The position numbers were made by a program, and so were the translations under genes. Under the pieces are notes generated by a model. The model had not been told where the DNA came from. It did not search any database and worked only from the letters and a program-made list of their open reading frames with translations. Positions 1-11,400 of a DNA stretch of 64,000 bases are shown here, piece after piece (the first letter of the stretch is position 1; every line of letters starts with the position of its first letter). Source of the DNA: Prorocentrum cordatum (Eukaryota); the NCBI GenBank assembly GCA_963575745.1, contig CAUYUJ010000322.1:1-64000 (forward strand), read 5' to 3'.

Positions 1-1133
1 TTGGTCGGTTGAAAATTTGGTTCTCGAAATTTGACAATTCGTTAAAGCTCTAGTATTTTTTCCCATGATATTCGATCTTATTCCCGCTCGCCATCTTGAT
101 CTCAGCTCGATCGGGTAACTTTGAAGGCCAAAAAGCACGGTGGCGGGAACGGCCGTTTCGAGTCATTTTGATATGCGCTGACGGTATTTTGTACTTAACT
201 CGAGCTGTAGGGCAAGCTACAGAGCTTGTAAGCACAGCTATTGCACTCAGAATCATCAGGCGCGTTCGCCTGTTGAATCCATAGGGCTGAACTCGGTCTG
301 CTAGCCGAGCTAGGTCCGCAAACCTATCCGTATTATTCGAGTCAACTTGATACGCGTTGTCGGTATTTCTACTTAACTCGAGCTGTATGCCAGCTACAGT
401 GCTGGTAAGCACGCCTATCGCACGAAGAATGATCAGGCGCGGTCGTCTGTTCAATTCACAGGTCTGAACTCGGTCTGCTAGCCGAGCTAGCTTCGCAAAC
501 CTATTCGTATTATTCGAGTCAACTTGATACGCGTTGTCGGTATTTTCTACTTAACTCGAGCTGTAGAGCAGCTACAGTGCTGGTGAGCACACCTATCGAA
601 CTCAGTATAATCAGGCGCACTCGCCTGTTGAATTCATAGGTTTGAACTCGGTCTGCTAGCCGAGCTAGGTCCGCAAACCCATTCGTATTATTCGAGTCAA
701 CTTGATACGCGTTGTCGGTATTTCCCACTTTAATCGAGCTGTAGGGCAGCTACAGTGCTGGTAAGCACGCCCATCGCACTCAGAATAATCAGGCGCGTTC
801 GCCTGTTGAATTCAGAGCTCTGAACTCCGTCTGCTGCGCGATCTAGAATCACGAAACTGTTCGTATTCTTCCAGTCATCTTCAGAGCTACTGTCGGCGTT
901 CTGCACTTAGCTCGGGCTCTAGGGGGGCTGCAGGGCGGGTAATCACAGGAATCGATTCGGAGACATCAGACGCCTCTGTCTGCTGCATTCAGAGGTCCGA
1001 ACTCGGTCTGATACTCGAGTTGGGCTGAAAAACTATTCGTTCTCTGCAATTTTCTTCGACATTATATGTTGTCGGGAAGCTCTACGAGTCCCCCGGCGGT
1101 AACAAAGGTTGACGGTGTACCGCCGGCGCCCAG
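1..1133 (+). mobile_element. Non-autonomous Helentron/DINE-1-like element, family A (3' part), with ~178-bp central tandem repeats
   Basis: ACTCGGTCTG-type landmark at 291, 468, 646, 824 and 1001 (period 177-178). 3' subTIR GGAAGCTCTACGAGT at 1075-1089, stem-loop CCGGCGGT(1093-1100)..ACCGCCGG(1119-1126), end CGCCCAG|T. Confidence 0.75.
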
Positions 1134-1844
1134 TTCGAGCCTCCGGGCAGAAAATGTTTTTGTGGGTTTCGGGGCGGAGGCGGGGCCGGGACCAGAGCCG
1201 GGGGCGGGGGCCGGGCCGGAGCCGGGGACCCAGGGGCCGGGGACCCAGGGGCCAGGGCCCGGGACCCAGGGGCCGGGGCTCGGGGCAGGAGCGGGGTCCA
1301 GGACGCAGGGGGCTGCGCGGTGGGAGAGGGAAACGCTCGCAAATTTTCCGCGAGTGTTTTCCCGTCCAACGCACAGTCCCCGGGGCGGCCTCAATTCCCT
1401 TGAAAATGTGCGCTGGGAGGGGGAAACGCTCGCGAATTTTTCGCGGGCGTTCCCCTGCTCGGGGCAGGGTCTCTGCGAGATGGAGCTTCCTGGAAACGGG
1501 CGCTTGAAGGGGGAAACGCTCGCGAAATTTTCGCAAGGATTTTCGTGCCAGGCGCCCGTTTTCCAGATTCGCGCGCCGTTTCCTGGAAAACCGGGCTGTG
1601 AGGGGGACAGTGACGCAGATTTTCCGCACGAGTTTTCCGTTTCTGCGTGCGTTTTCTGGGGGATTTTGGCCGAGGGCAAAGACGACATGGAGAAAAGGGA
1701 AGTCTTGGTCCCGGGCGGCGGCGGCATTGAAAATCGTTCCGGGGTGCGTTCAAAACGGCTCCGAGGAGGCGCCAAAAACCGGCTGGGAGGCGATGATTTT
1801 TATGAGCGTGTGCTCGCCGGCGAAATTTCCGCCTTCGCAGCCAG

Positions 1845-1848
1845 CGAC

Positions 1849-1881
<33 letters not shown>

Positions 1882-1938
1882 ATCTGCCGTGTCCCTGTCT
1901 GAGCGTCCACAATAGCCATGGCACGAGCTGAGCAGGAG

Positions 1939-1973
<35 letters not shown>

Positions 1974-2167
1974 GGAGGAGGAGGAGGAGGAGGAGGAGGA
2001 GGAGGAGGAGGAGGAGGGAGGAAAGGAGGAAAGAGGAGGAGGAGGAGGAGAGGGTAGGAGGAGCCAGGAAGAGACGAGGAGGAGGAGGAGGAGGAGGAGG
2101 AGGAGGAGGAGGAGGAGGAGGAGGAGGAGGAGGCACCCCCGGAGGTGTCGAACACGGGCGCCGTCGC

Positions 2168-2198
<31 letters not shown>

Positions 2199-2220
2199 CG
2201 GGACCGGGACCGGGACCGGG
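1845..2220 (+). repeat. Compound microsatellite: (GAC)n, long (GAG)n ~1935-2133, (GAC)n, (CCGGGA)n
   Basis: Directly visible simple repeats. They generate spurious poly-E/R/P/S/L ORFs. Confidence 0.95.
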
Positions 2221-3774
2221 ACCCCGAGTCCTGGTCCGGGATTGGGGCGGGGACGGGACCCGGGCGGGAGGCAGTCTCGGTTCTTGGGGGGGGCGGTGCG
2301 CGGAGCGCGCGGCGCCGGTCCGGGAGTCACGTGCATGGGACGACCGGGTGCAGGAGTGCGTGCTCGCAGAGCACGCCGTGATCCATGAGGAGGTCGTCGA
2401 TGATTCCGCGCTGGAGGCGGCAGAGCGCGAGCAGAAATTGCTCCGGAAAGCGTGCCGCGCTTCGTGCCGGCAGGCTCGGTGTGCGCGGCGGGAGGCGGAG
2501 TGGGCGCGGCGGACGGAGGCGGCAACCGAGCGGAATGGGCAGCTTGCACGCCGCGTGCTGCTCCCCGTCGTGCCGCGCCTCCTGTCGCGCGACGCGTCGC
2601 CAGAGCGGGTCTCGTCTGGGCGCAGCGCGCGGGGGGCGGCTCGCAACAACGGGCGATTGGAGCAGTTCCTGACCGCGCGCGCGGCCCGTGCCGTCGACCC
2701 GGACGAGCCGCCGTCGTGCGTCCCCCGCGCCGCCGCCGCGTCTGCGCCCGACGCGTCGTCGTGGACCGTGGGCGACGCGGCCCTGCGCGCAGCCTGCGTT
2801 CTCGTGGCTCTTGGCGTGTGCCCGCCCCAGGAAGACGGCAGAGTAGTGATGACGAGGAAGATCGCGGCGGCGCGCTGGTGGCAGCAGCGAGATGTGTTCG
2901 CGCGGGAGCTCCCAGACGCGCCCGAGCTGGCCGATCGTGAGGCCGCGGTCGTCACCGCCAGGTTCTGCTGCGTGCTCTACGGGCTCTCGTCGGCGGCGCG
3001 AAGTGCCGGGCTGCGCGGGAGTCCAAGGCCTTCGTCGGGAACCTGGCCGTGCACGCTGCCTGCGCCATGATCGCTCTCGGAGCGTGTCCAGCGGGGCTCA
3101 GCGGGGCGACGCAGGACGGCGCCGTGCCCATGTCTGTTGGTGCAATCGGTGCCGCGCGCCCGCCTCGCCCGCGGCCGCGCGGCGGACGCGGGCGGGGGAA
3201 CCGCCGCGCGCGCGCTAGTTCCCCCGTCGAGTGGCGTGGGAAGTGCCTGCAGAGCGCAGTGGCTGAACTCGTGGGGGGCGACGCCGCGCGGCATTTCGGT
3301 CGCGCGTGTCAGAACCACCAGGGTTCGGGCGCCTGCGGGTCGCTGGTGGAGCGCTGGAATTTCGAGGTCGTCGTCCAGCACTTGCGCTCCCGCTTCCTGC
3401 ACGTGCGCGTGTTCTCTGCGGAATCTGTGGAAGCGTTCGGAGCGCAGGAAGGAGGGCGTGTGGCGTGGGCGCTGGGGCGCGCGGGGGGCTTCTGCGCTGG
3501 TGCTCTGCTGTGGCTCGACGGCGGCCACGTGTGCGCGGTGGAGGAGTCGGCGGGCTCTGGTGAGGTGGAGTGGGGGGAAGCCGAGAGCGCGCCGTGGTGC
3601 CGCGTCGTCGCGCGCGGGCGTTCGAGCTCGGCGTCGCGGTCGCCGCGCGCGGGTGCGGGTCGTGGCGCGCTGAGGGGCGGGGCGCCGAAGCGCCGCGCGG
3701 GGCAGGGCGCCGCAGGGGCGCAGGGCGCTCGCGGGAGCGCGCGCGACGGTGTGGACGCGGAGGTGTTGGCGCGG

Positions 3775-6700
3775 ATGAGTTTCGCTGAATTGGAAAAGTT
3801 GGCTGCGCGATTGCGGAGCGACCGCGAGGCTGGAGTGCCGTCGTCGCTTTACTGGGATGGCCCGAAGCGCCGGCGAAAGGACATTGAAGTGTACAGGGCT
3901 GCGCTCGCGGCGCACCTGGGCATCGACATGAGCGGTGTGCAGCATGGTGGCGCGGAGGCGCGATCGCGGGACCACTCGGAGGAGATGCTGGGCGAGCTGG
4001 CGAGGCACGTTGAGGAGCACGGCCGCTTGCCGCAGGTGCGTGAGTCCGCGCTCGGAAAATGGGTCGATCACGTGAGTTCAGGGGAGGTGGCGCTGACGCC
4101 CGAGCGGCGCGCGCGGTTCGACGGGCTCGTGAACCGGCGGGAGGAGAGGCGCGAGCGCGCCCGCGCGATGCTGGACCGCATCGAGGAGCACGTGGAGGTG
4201 CTCGACGAGCTGCCGAAGCAGAAAGCGGCCGACGAGGAGGAGGCAGAGCTCGCGATGTGGATCAATAATGTCAGCAAAGGCCAGAACGAGCTAGATGATG
4301 ACAATCAGGAGAGGTTCGATAAGCTGGTGAACAGGCGCGCGTGGCAGCGGCGGACGGCGCAGGAGCGCGTGCTCGAGGTGAAGGCGTTCGTTGACGAGCA
4401 CGGGCGCGCGCCGCAGAGCAGCGGTCATGGCGACGATCCGCGGGAGCGTATGCTCGCTATGTGGGTCGGTCACGTGCGAGCGCGTGGCGTCGGGGGTCTG
4501 GACGAGCGATGGCGCGCGCAGCTGGAGGCGGCGCTGGACGCGGATCTCATCCAGGTCCAGGCGCTCGAGGCGTGGTGCGAGAAGAACCAGAGGATGCCGG
4601 TGGAGAAGGCCGAGGATGACGAGGAGCGCAAGCTGGCCAAGTTCATCGCGAACCGCGAGCGCGGGGGCCGCGAGGCGTCGTTTAACGCGCCCGACACCTT
4701 CGACGCGCTGCGGCAGAAGTACGCGCAGGCGGCCGCCGCGCGCCGCGACGCCGAGAGCAGGGAGGCGGAGGCGCGGGCGCTCGAGGCGCGGCGGCAGGAG
4801 CTGCTGCAGCGCGCGGCCGAGGAGGAGGAGGCCTGCGGGGGGGAGGATCTCGAGGAGGAGCGGGAAGAGCCGGACCCGGCCGACTGCCTCGCGGAGGAGC
4901 GGCGCGCGGAGGTCACGCCGGATATGTTCGCCAGGTTCCAGAGGGCAGACAGGGCGCTGGCTCGGCGGGTGAAGACCGCGCTCGTGGGCGCCCTGCTGTC
5001 GTACGTGGACGCGCTGCAGGGCGCCGCGCTCGGGCTCGACGTCTTCGCTGCCCTGGCCAAAGACAGGCGGGTCCGCGAAGCCTTGGCCGCCCCGGCGGCC
5101 GAAGAGCCGCGCCGCGAGGCGCTCGGGGAGGAGGATGAGGAGGAGGACGGAGAGGAGCAGGAGGAAGAGGAGCTGGAAGAGGAGGAGCAGGAGCACGAGA
5201 AGCAGGAGCAGGAGGAGGGCGACGACGAGCGACGAGAGCAGGAGGAGGGAGACGCGGAGATGGCGGACGCGGACGAAGAGCCGCGGGGCATGGCGGACGA
5301 GGAGGAGCTGCCCACGGGCGTCGGCGAGGAGCACGAGGATTTCGTGCGGTACGTGCTGGCGACCTGCATGCTGTCGTGGGTGCCTGTCTTGCCCAGGTTC
5401 TTCGCGGGGGAGGCCCCGGACGCGGAGCTGCAGCGGCAGGTGGCGGAGCTGGAGCGGCTGCGGGACGTCGCCCTGGGGCTCGACGCGGCCACGGCGCAGG
5501 ACAACGTGGCGCGGTCGCAGGCGATCCGGCGCCTGCGCAGGGCCGACCCCGAGCTGCTGCGCCGCACGCCCGTGCCCAATTCGGACGTGCGGGAGCCCTG
5601 GGAGCAGTGGGATCGCCTGCTGCAACGGCTCGAGCAGGAGGGCGTTGAGCGCGAGGTCTGGGTCTGCTGCCGTCGCGAGCCGCTGCGCTGGCGCGCGCCG
5701 CTCCGCGACGACGGCAAACCGGGGCCGGTCCGCGCGCCGCTGCTGCCGTCGCTGGATGCCGCCGACGGAGAGGTCTGGAGGCCGGGGGAGGTGCGCGAGG
5801 CGACGCGCCAGGCGCGGTACGCAGAGCAGGCGCGGCTGGACGGCGCACCTGGCGCCCCGGTGCACGGCAGCGTGCTCCTGCGCCTCGCCTCTGATTTCCT
5901 CTGCTACAAGTGCCAGCAGGATTTCGAGAGCGCGCGGGAGCTGACCGACGGAGAGGTCGATGGTTGGTGTAAGAGGTTGCATCTCGCGCCGAAGAAGCTG
6001 CCTAGCCAGGCGGTGATGAAGCGCGAGGCGGTGGAGGCGGAGCGCGCCCGCGCCAGGAAGCGCGCGCGGGCGGCTTGGTGCGCGGCGAGGGGGGAGAACG
6101 GATTCGCTGAGTTCCGTGGTCTGCTGCTGGAGGACGAGTGCTTCCACCAGGACAACTGCGAAGCGAGCGTGCAGCTGGACCAGCGACACGCTCTGGAGCC
6201 GTGGTACCAGCGCGCGGGGCCCGACGGGAGCAGGCTGGCGCCCTGGCCGCGCGTCTTCGGTATCCCGAAAGCGTGGGCCGGCCATGGCCGTGCGTTCTTC
6301 TCCGAGGCCGTGGAGTCGGGCTTCGCCGCCGACACGTTCCCCCAGGGCCGGCGCGGCTACTACACGGGCGAGCCGGGCGACGTGCCCGCGGAGCTCTGGC
6401 TGTTGCGGGCCTGGTGCCGCGCGCGCGGCGGCGTCGCTCGCATGGGCGACGCCCTGGCCGCGTGCTTGCAGCAGCTCGAGGGCGACCGCGACATCATGTA
6501 CAGGGTGGAGGCCGCAGAGGGCGCGCGGCGGTCCCCGAGTGGCGACCTGAAGCCGCCCGTGTACTTGGCGGACCTGAAGCCGCAGGCGATCCCCGAGTGG
6601 CCCGTCTGGCAGCAGCTCCTCAAGCTGAAGCCTCAGGCGGCGCGGCAGGTGGCGGCTTTCGTGCGCCGGGAGCGGGCGGGCGTGGGCTTGACGTGGAACC

Positions 6701-8475
6701 TCGCCGCGGGGCACTGGGACCTGGACCAGCAGCGCCTGCTCGCTGCGCTCGAGAGGGATCCCGCGTTGCTCGCCGCGGTGGAGAAGGACGCGGCGCTTAC
6801 AGACACGGACAGGCGCGCTCTGATTGCCCTCGACGATTTCCGTGCCCGTCACGGCGGTGTCTGGCCGGACGCGTTCGCCGATCGGCGCGGGGAGCCCGAT
6901 TTCAAGGAAGCGAAGCTCGCGCGGGGTGTTGCAAGTGTGGCGCAGAAGTATTCGCAGGAATTCGTACGCATCTGGTTGGACCGGACATGCCGCGAATGGC
7001 TGCGGCTGGCGGGGTGCGGGGATGAGGTGGTGGGAGGAGGGGCCGGCGGCGACGACTCTTCCGGGGGCGGCGGCGGCGGCGGCGGCGGGTCTTCTTCGGG
7101 CAGCGGTGCGAACGGTGGACCAGCGTCGGGGTCGGGCTCTGGTGCGCAGGGGCCGGGTGACGGTGGCGCGGGCGGCGACGGCGACGGGGGCGCGGGCGGG
7201 GGCGCGGGTCGGCTGCTCGGCGGCGGACCCAAGAGGCCAGCTCCCGAGGGCCCAGGGCCGCGGACTCGCGGCGCGGCGAGAAGGGACCAGGAGCGGTTGC
7301 AGCAGGAGCGGCTGCGGAAGGAAAAGGAGGAGCGTCTCGCAGGGAAGACAGTGAAGGCAGGGGACGTGGAGGTGAACGTGGCTCTCGATGACCCTCACGT
7401 GAGCGAGGAGGGCACCCTGCCGGCCTGGCTCCTGGACCCCGCGCCGTGCGTCGCTGGCAGGTGCGTCGCGCGCGTCTGGCACGCGCACCAGGGCGTGCAC
7501 GTGCTCGGGCAGTGCCGGCATTCTTGCAAAGGCGAAGGGCAGCAGTTCTGTGGGAGCCACGGCAGACCCGAGCAGCGACCTTTTGGGGAGTGGGACCCGG
7601 ACCAGCGCCACAGCTCCCTGACGCGCGAGTGCCCGGAACGGTATGGCTTGGCCGTGAAGGAGGCGCGGAAGCGCGAGACGCAGGCCGGCGGCGCCCCGCC
7701 CGCGCCGACCCCGGCCAGCGCTGCCGCTCGCAAGGCGCGCGTGCCAAGGCTCCAGCCGAAGTATGTGCATCTGCCTCTTGGCGATCGCCGTCCTCTGCGG
7801 GCATTCAAAGAGGCTCCGGAGGCTCTCCCGCCGTTCCCGTGCCGCCTCTGCGACCAGAACTTCGCCGCGCATGCCAGCTTCATGACGCACGTGGACGAAA
7901 AGCACCACGGGTGGCCGGAGTACAGGAAGCGCCTGTTCTACCTGGCCGAGCAGTGGCCGGAGCGGGATGACGATGTGCGGCCCGTCAGACCCCAGGAGTG
8001 GCGGCAGTGCGTGGAGGCCTTCTCTGAGCACCTCGTCACGGGGTCTCACGACTGGCCGGCCTGCGCAGCGCCCGCCGACTCGGGGGAGGCCGCCGCCGCC
8101 GCTGCCGCGCCGGACGCGCCGCGCGCCTGGTGGAAGCCGCCAGGCGCGGACGGGGCCGCGCCGCCCGCGGGCGTGGACATGCCGCCCGTGGACATGGACG
8201 CGCTGGGCGCTGCTCCGGCGGCGTCGGACGCCGAGGGGCCCGAGCCCGGGCAGAGTCGCCGCGCCGTGCGCTCGAGGGTGGCCTGCTGCGTCTGTGCTCG
8301 TCTCCACTGGGCGGACGAGCTGCGGCGCGTGCACTTCTGGCAGCAGCCGGACGGCGCCGGGGAGCGTTCGCTGCTCTGCGACGAGGTGCCGAAGCGGCCC
8401 GCGCGCGCCGAGCTCGAGGCGGCGAGGGGAGAGGCATGGAGGCCGCGGGCGCGCAGGCGCAGGCCATGCGCCTGA
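3775..8475 (+). CDS. RepHel polyprotein, N-terminal part: helicase-associated (HA)-like repeats, acidic tracts, Cys/His finger, C2H2 zinc finger
   Basis: Repeats such as HGRLPQ..LGKWVDHV, LAMWINNV, HGRAPQ..LAMWVGHV and MPVEKA..LAKFIAN. CVARVW..GQC..FCGSH, CRLCDQNF..THVDEKH and CCVCARLHW motifs. The ATG at 3775 is a guess; the frame is open from 3049. Confidence 0.7.
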   Translation: MSFAELEKLAARLRSDREAGVPSSLYWDGPKRRRKDIEVYRAALAAHLGIDMSGVQHGGAEARSRDHSEEMLGELARHVEEHGRLPQVRESALGKWVDHVSSGEVALTPERRARFDGLVNRREERRERARAMLDRIEEHVEVLDELPKQKAADEEEAELAMWINNVSKGQNELDDDNQERFDKLVNRRAWQRRTAQERVLEVKAFVDEHGRAPQSSGHGDDPRERMLAMWVGHVRARGVGGLDERWRAQLEAALDADLIQVQALEAWCEKNQRMPVEKAEDDEERKLAKFIANRERGGREASFNAPDTFDALRQKYAQAAAARRDAESREAEARALEARRQELLQRAAEEEEACGGEDLEEEREEPDPADCLAEERRAEVTPDMFARFQRADRALARRVKTALVGALLSYVDALQGAALGLDVFAALAKDRRVREALAAPAAEEPRREALGEEDEEEDGEEQEEEELEEEEQEHEKQEQEEGDDERREQEEGDAEMADADEEPRGMADEEELPTGVGEEHEDFVRYVLATCMLSWVPVLPRFFAGEAPDAELQRQVAELERLRDVALGLDAATAQDNVARSQAIRRLRRADPELLRRTPVPNSDVREPWEQWDRLLQRLEQEGVEREVWVCCRREPLRWRAPLRDDGKPGPVRAPLLPSLDAADGEVWRPGEVREATRQARYAEQARLDGAPGAPVHGSVLLRLASDFLCYKCQQDFESARELTDGEVDGWCKRLHLAPKKLPSQAVMKREAVEAERARARKRARAAWCAARGENGFAEFRGLLLEDECFHQDNCEASVQLDQRHALEPWYQRAGPDGSRLAPWPRVFGIPKAWAGHGRAFFSEAVESGFAADTFPQGRRGYYTGEPGDVPAELWLLRAWCRARGGVARMGDALAACLQQLEGDRDIMYRVEAAEGARRSPSGDLKPPVYLADLKPQAIPEWPVWQQLLKLKPQAARQVAAFVRRERAGVGLTWNLAAGHWDLDQQRLLAALERDPALLAAVEKDAALTDTDRRALIALDDFRARHGGVWPDAFADRRGEPDFKEAKLARGVASVAQKYSQEFVRIWLDRTCREWLRLAGCGDEVVGGGAGGDDSSGGGGGGGGGSSSGSGANGGPASGSGSGAQGPGDGGAGGDGDGGAGGGAGRLLGGGPKRPAPEGPGPRTRGAARRDQERLQQERLRKEKEERLAGKTVKAGDVEVNVALDDPHVSEEGTLPAWLLDPAPCVAGRCVARVWHAHQGVHVLGQCRHSCKGEGQQFCGSHGRPEQRPFGEWDPDQRHSSLTRECPERYGLAVKEARKRETQAGGAPPAPTPASAAARKARVPRLQPKYVHLPLGDRRPLRAFKEAPEALPPFPCRLCDQNFAAHASFMTHVDEKHHGWPEYRKRLFYLAEQWPERDDDVRPVRPQEWRQCVEAFSEHLVTGSHDWPACAAPADSGEAAAAAAAPDAPRAWWKPPGADGAAPPAGVDMPPVDMDALGAAPAASDAEGPEPGQSRRAVRSRVACCVCARLHWADELRRVHFWQQPDGAGERSLLCDEVPKRPARAELEAARGEAWRPRARRRRPCA

Positions 8476-11400
8476 CGCAGCGGCAGCGCGCCCACGCGCT
8501 CCTGGACCCGGCGCGGTACTACGCCCGGTGGCGCTTCGTGCGCGAGGGCCCCGACGGCGCCGAGCACCCGGGCGGCATCCCCCTCGAGGAGCTGGAGGCG
8601 TCCGCAGTGCGCGACCCTGGCCCCGACGGGAAGCTGTGGCTCTTGCACAAGAAGTGCTTCAAGATTGACAAGCGCGAGTCAGACGGAGTGCTCGTGGCCG
8701 ACGCGACGCAGAAGGTGCCCATCTGCGCGGGGTGTCACGGCGCGCTCACCAAGAGTTTGCCCACGATGCCGCCCTGCGCGCTGGCCAACGATCTCTGGAT
8801 CGGTCGGCTGCCACCGCCGCTGCGGAACCTCACGCTGGGCGCGAAGCTTCTGCTGCCCATCGCGCGGGGCATCGTGCGGCGCTTCAACTGCAAGACCGAT
8901 TCTGGCGAGTGGGCTCCAATCGACCAGCAGATCAAGGCGTACGTGGGGAACTTCGTGGCGTTCCCGCAGGCGGACGGCGGTCGGCAGGTGCTGTCGCTGC
9001 CGCCGCGGGAGAGCGACCTTGTCGAGTTTGTGCAGATTGTCTTCGCGGGGTCCGATCCCGCCACTCTGCAGAAGGCGCGGTTGGAGGAGCTCGGCGTGCC
9101 CCTCGACGATTTCAAGCGCGCTTACGAGTACCTCCGCGACACGAACGAGCAGTACGCCGCGGTGCGGTGGGACGAAGAGGCCGCGCGAAACTTTGCGGAC
9201 CCCGAGGGCGACGGCGATGGCGACGGCTCCTCGCTCCTGGGCCTGCCTCGCTGTCTCGCGGCGTGCGTGGCCGTGGGGGGTAAGGGTGGCGACGCTCGCC
9301 AGGAGGGCCCGGCCGATGCCGTGCAGCCCGGCGTGGGCTCGGCCCCGCCGAAGCGGACGAGTGCAGGCGCTGCGAGCGCGGAGGGCGACGCGAACGCGGC
9401 GGCAGACGGCGGGGGCGAGGCAGAGGGCGAGGCAGGGGCAAGCTGTGAGGACGCTACTGGCGCCGGTGGGGAGGATGCAGAGGGCGACGAGGGCGAGGCT
9501 GGCGAGGGAGAGGGCGGTCAGGGTGTCGAGGAGGGCGAGTACTGCGCCGCCGTCGCGGACGCCGACATTATGGCCGATCTGGACAAGCAGTGGGCGAACG
9601 TGCACCTCAGCCTCCAGAAGGCGGAGGAGATTGCGCGCGAGAAGCAGCGCTGGGAAGCACTCACGCGGGAGGTCAAGGGCATGGAGAATTTCCAGGACAG
9701 AGATCTCGACCGGCGCTTGGCGGAGGCCGCGGAAGAGGCCCGCAAGGCTGCGAAGTTGCTCACCAACTGCAAGAAGGAGGCGCTCACAAAGAAGCTGGAG
9801 CAGACGGAGCAGAAGATTCAGGCCACGCGGCCTCCTCCAGGAGTTGCCGGGAAGCGCGCGGCCGGCGGCGGCGGCGGCGGCGGCGCGCCGGCCGGGGGCG
9901 CCGAGGCCGGGGGGGCGAGGCGCGCGGTGCGGGTCGTCGTGCCCACTGGAACCGAGCCTGTCAGCATGTTCTCGCCCGGTTTCTGGAGCGCCTTCGACCC
10001 TGTCGCGTTTCCGTATGGGGACGGCGTCTTCGGACTCGAGAGGGACGCAAAGTTGACGTACGACGAGTGGTGCCGGTGCCTCATGGCTCGCGAGGAGCTC
10101 GAGTACGTGGTCCCCGACGACGTCTCGGCGCCCGACGCTGCGCGGGCGCCCGCGCCCGACGCTGCGAAGGCGTTCGCCGCGTCTGAGTCGCCCGTGCCGC
10201 GCTGGCGTCGCCACGCAGACCTGCTCACGGCCCAGTATTGCCTCTGGCGCAGAAAGGCAATCATTCAGTCGGCCAGGTTATTCGTGCGCAAGCACCGCCT
10301 CGGGGAAAGCATCGCGGACCTCGCCGCTTTGTCGCCGGAGGACCTGGCGCTGGTCGTGGCCGAGCTCGGCAGGGGGGCGGGCCTGAAGCAGGCCCTGGGC
10401 CACGAGGGCGTGCCCCGGAACGTCAAGAGCGCGCTGCGCAGCATGCTGCTCAGCAACCGCGATGTCGTCGGCTCCGACGCGCACCGGACCACGCTGCGGC
10501 ACATCAGTACCAGCTACACCCGGCTCTTTGGTCCGCCCCTGGTGTTCACGACGCCGAACATCGCGGACACTCGGAACCTGATGGTGTCCCTGATGTACGA
10601 GGGCGCCTCCGTGCAGCAATGGCGGCTGCTGGAGGAGACTGCTCCCGTGATGCCCTCGACGCGGGAGATGCTGCGGCGGGTGGCCGCAGACCCGGTGTCG
10701 CAGGCCATGGTCACGAACCTCATGCTGGAACTGTTCCTGGAGCATGTCGTCGGCGTCACGCCGCAGCGCGGGGCCACGGGCGTCTCCGACGGCGTGGCCG
10801 CCACGGGGGCGTGTGGAGCGTTCGGGCTCGTCCGCGCGTACTTCGGCCCCGTGGAGTCGCAGGGGCGCGGCGGCATCCATCCGCACATCCACCTGTGGCG
10901 CCTGCACCCGATGACTGGGTCGTTCCTCGCGAAGCTGCGCTCGGGGGACGTCGAAGGCCTCGAGGAGCGTCTGAGGAAGTGGAGGGAGGCCGTGCTCGCC
11001 CGGGTCGGCAGCGTGCAGTTCGACGCGGCGGAGGAGGTGGGCCGGCAGCTGGGCTTGGACGGGCGGGACGGGCGGGAGTGGCTGCCGCCGCTTCCGCTCG
11101 CCCCGCGGGATCGACGTCTCGCGTTCGCGGACGGGAAGCTGGAGGAGAGCGACCTCTCCTTGCAGTACCATACGATCGCTGGCGCCTCGCGCCGCCAGCT
11201 CGGGAAGCTTCTCAAGCCGGAGTACGACGCGGGGCGCCGCTCTGTCCGTGATGACAAGAAATTGTCCACAGAAGAGCTGCGGAACGAGGTTGCGGCCATG
11301 ATGAAGATCGATCTCGCAGAGGAGCGAGCGATGCTGCAGGAGCAGCCCGCAATTGAGGGTCCGCGCCGGCAGCGCCCGTTCGCGCCGTTGGCAGATCCAG

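Noticed and set aside
1093..1126. Rho-independent terminator or tRNA-like structure
   Set aside because: No U-tract or cloverleaf. It is the element's 3' stem-loop.
1033..3070. ORFs over the microsatellites and ORF 2348-3070
   Set aside because: Mostly low-complexity translations. 2348-3070 may be a real upstream ORF, but it has no motif I can identify.
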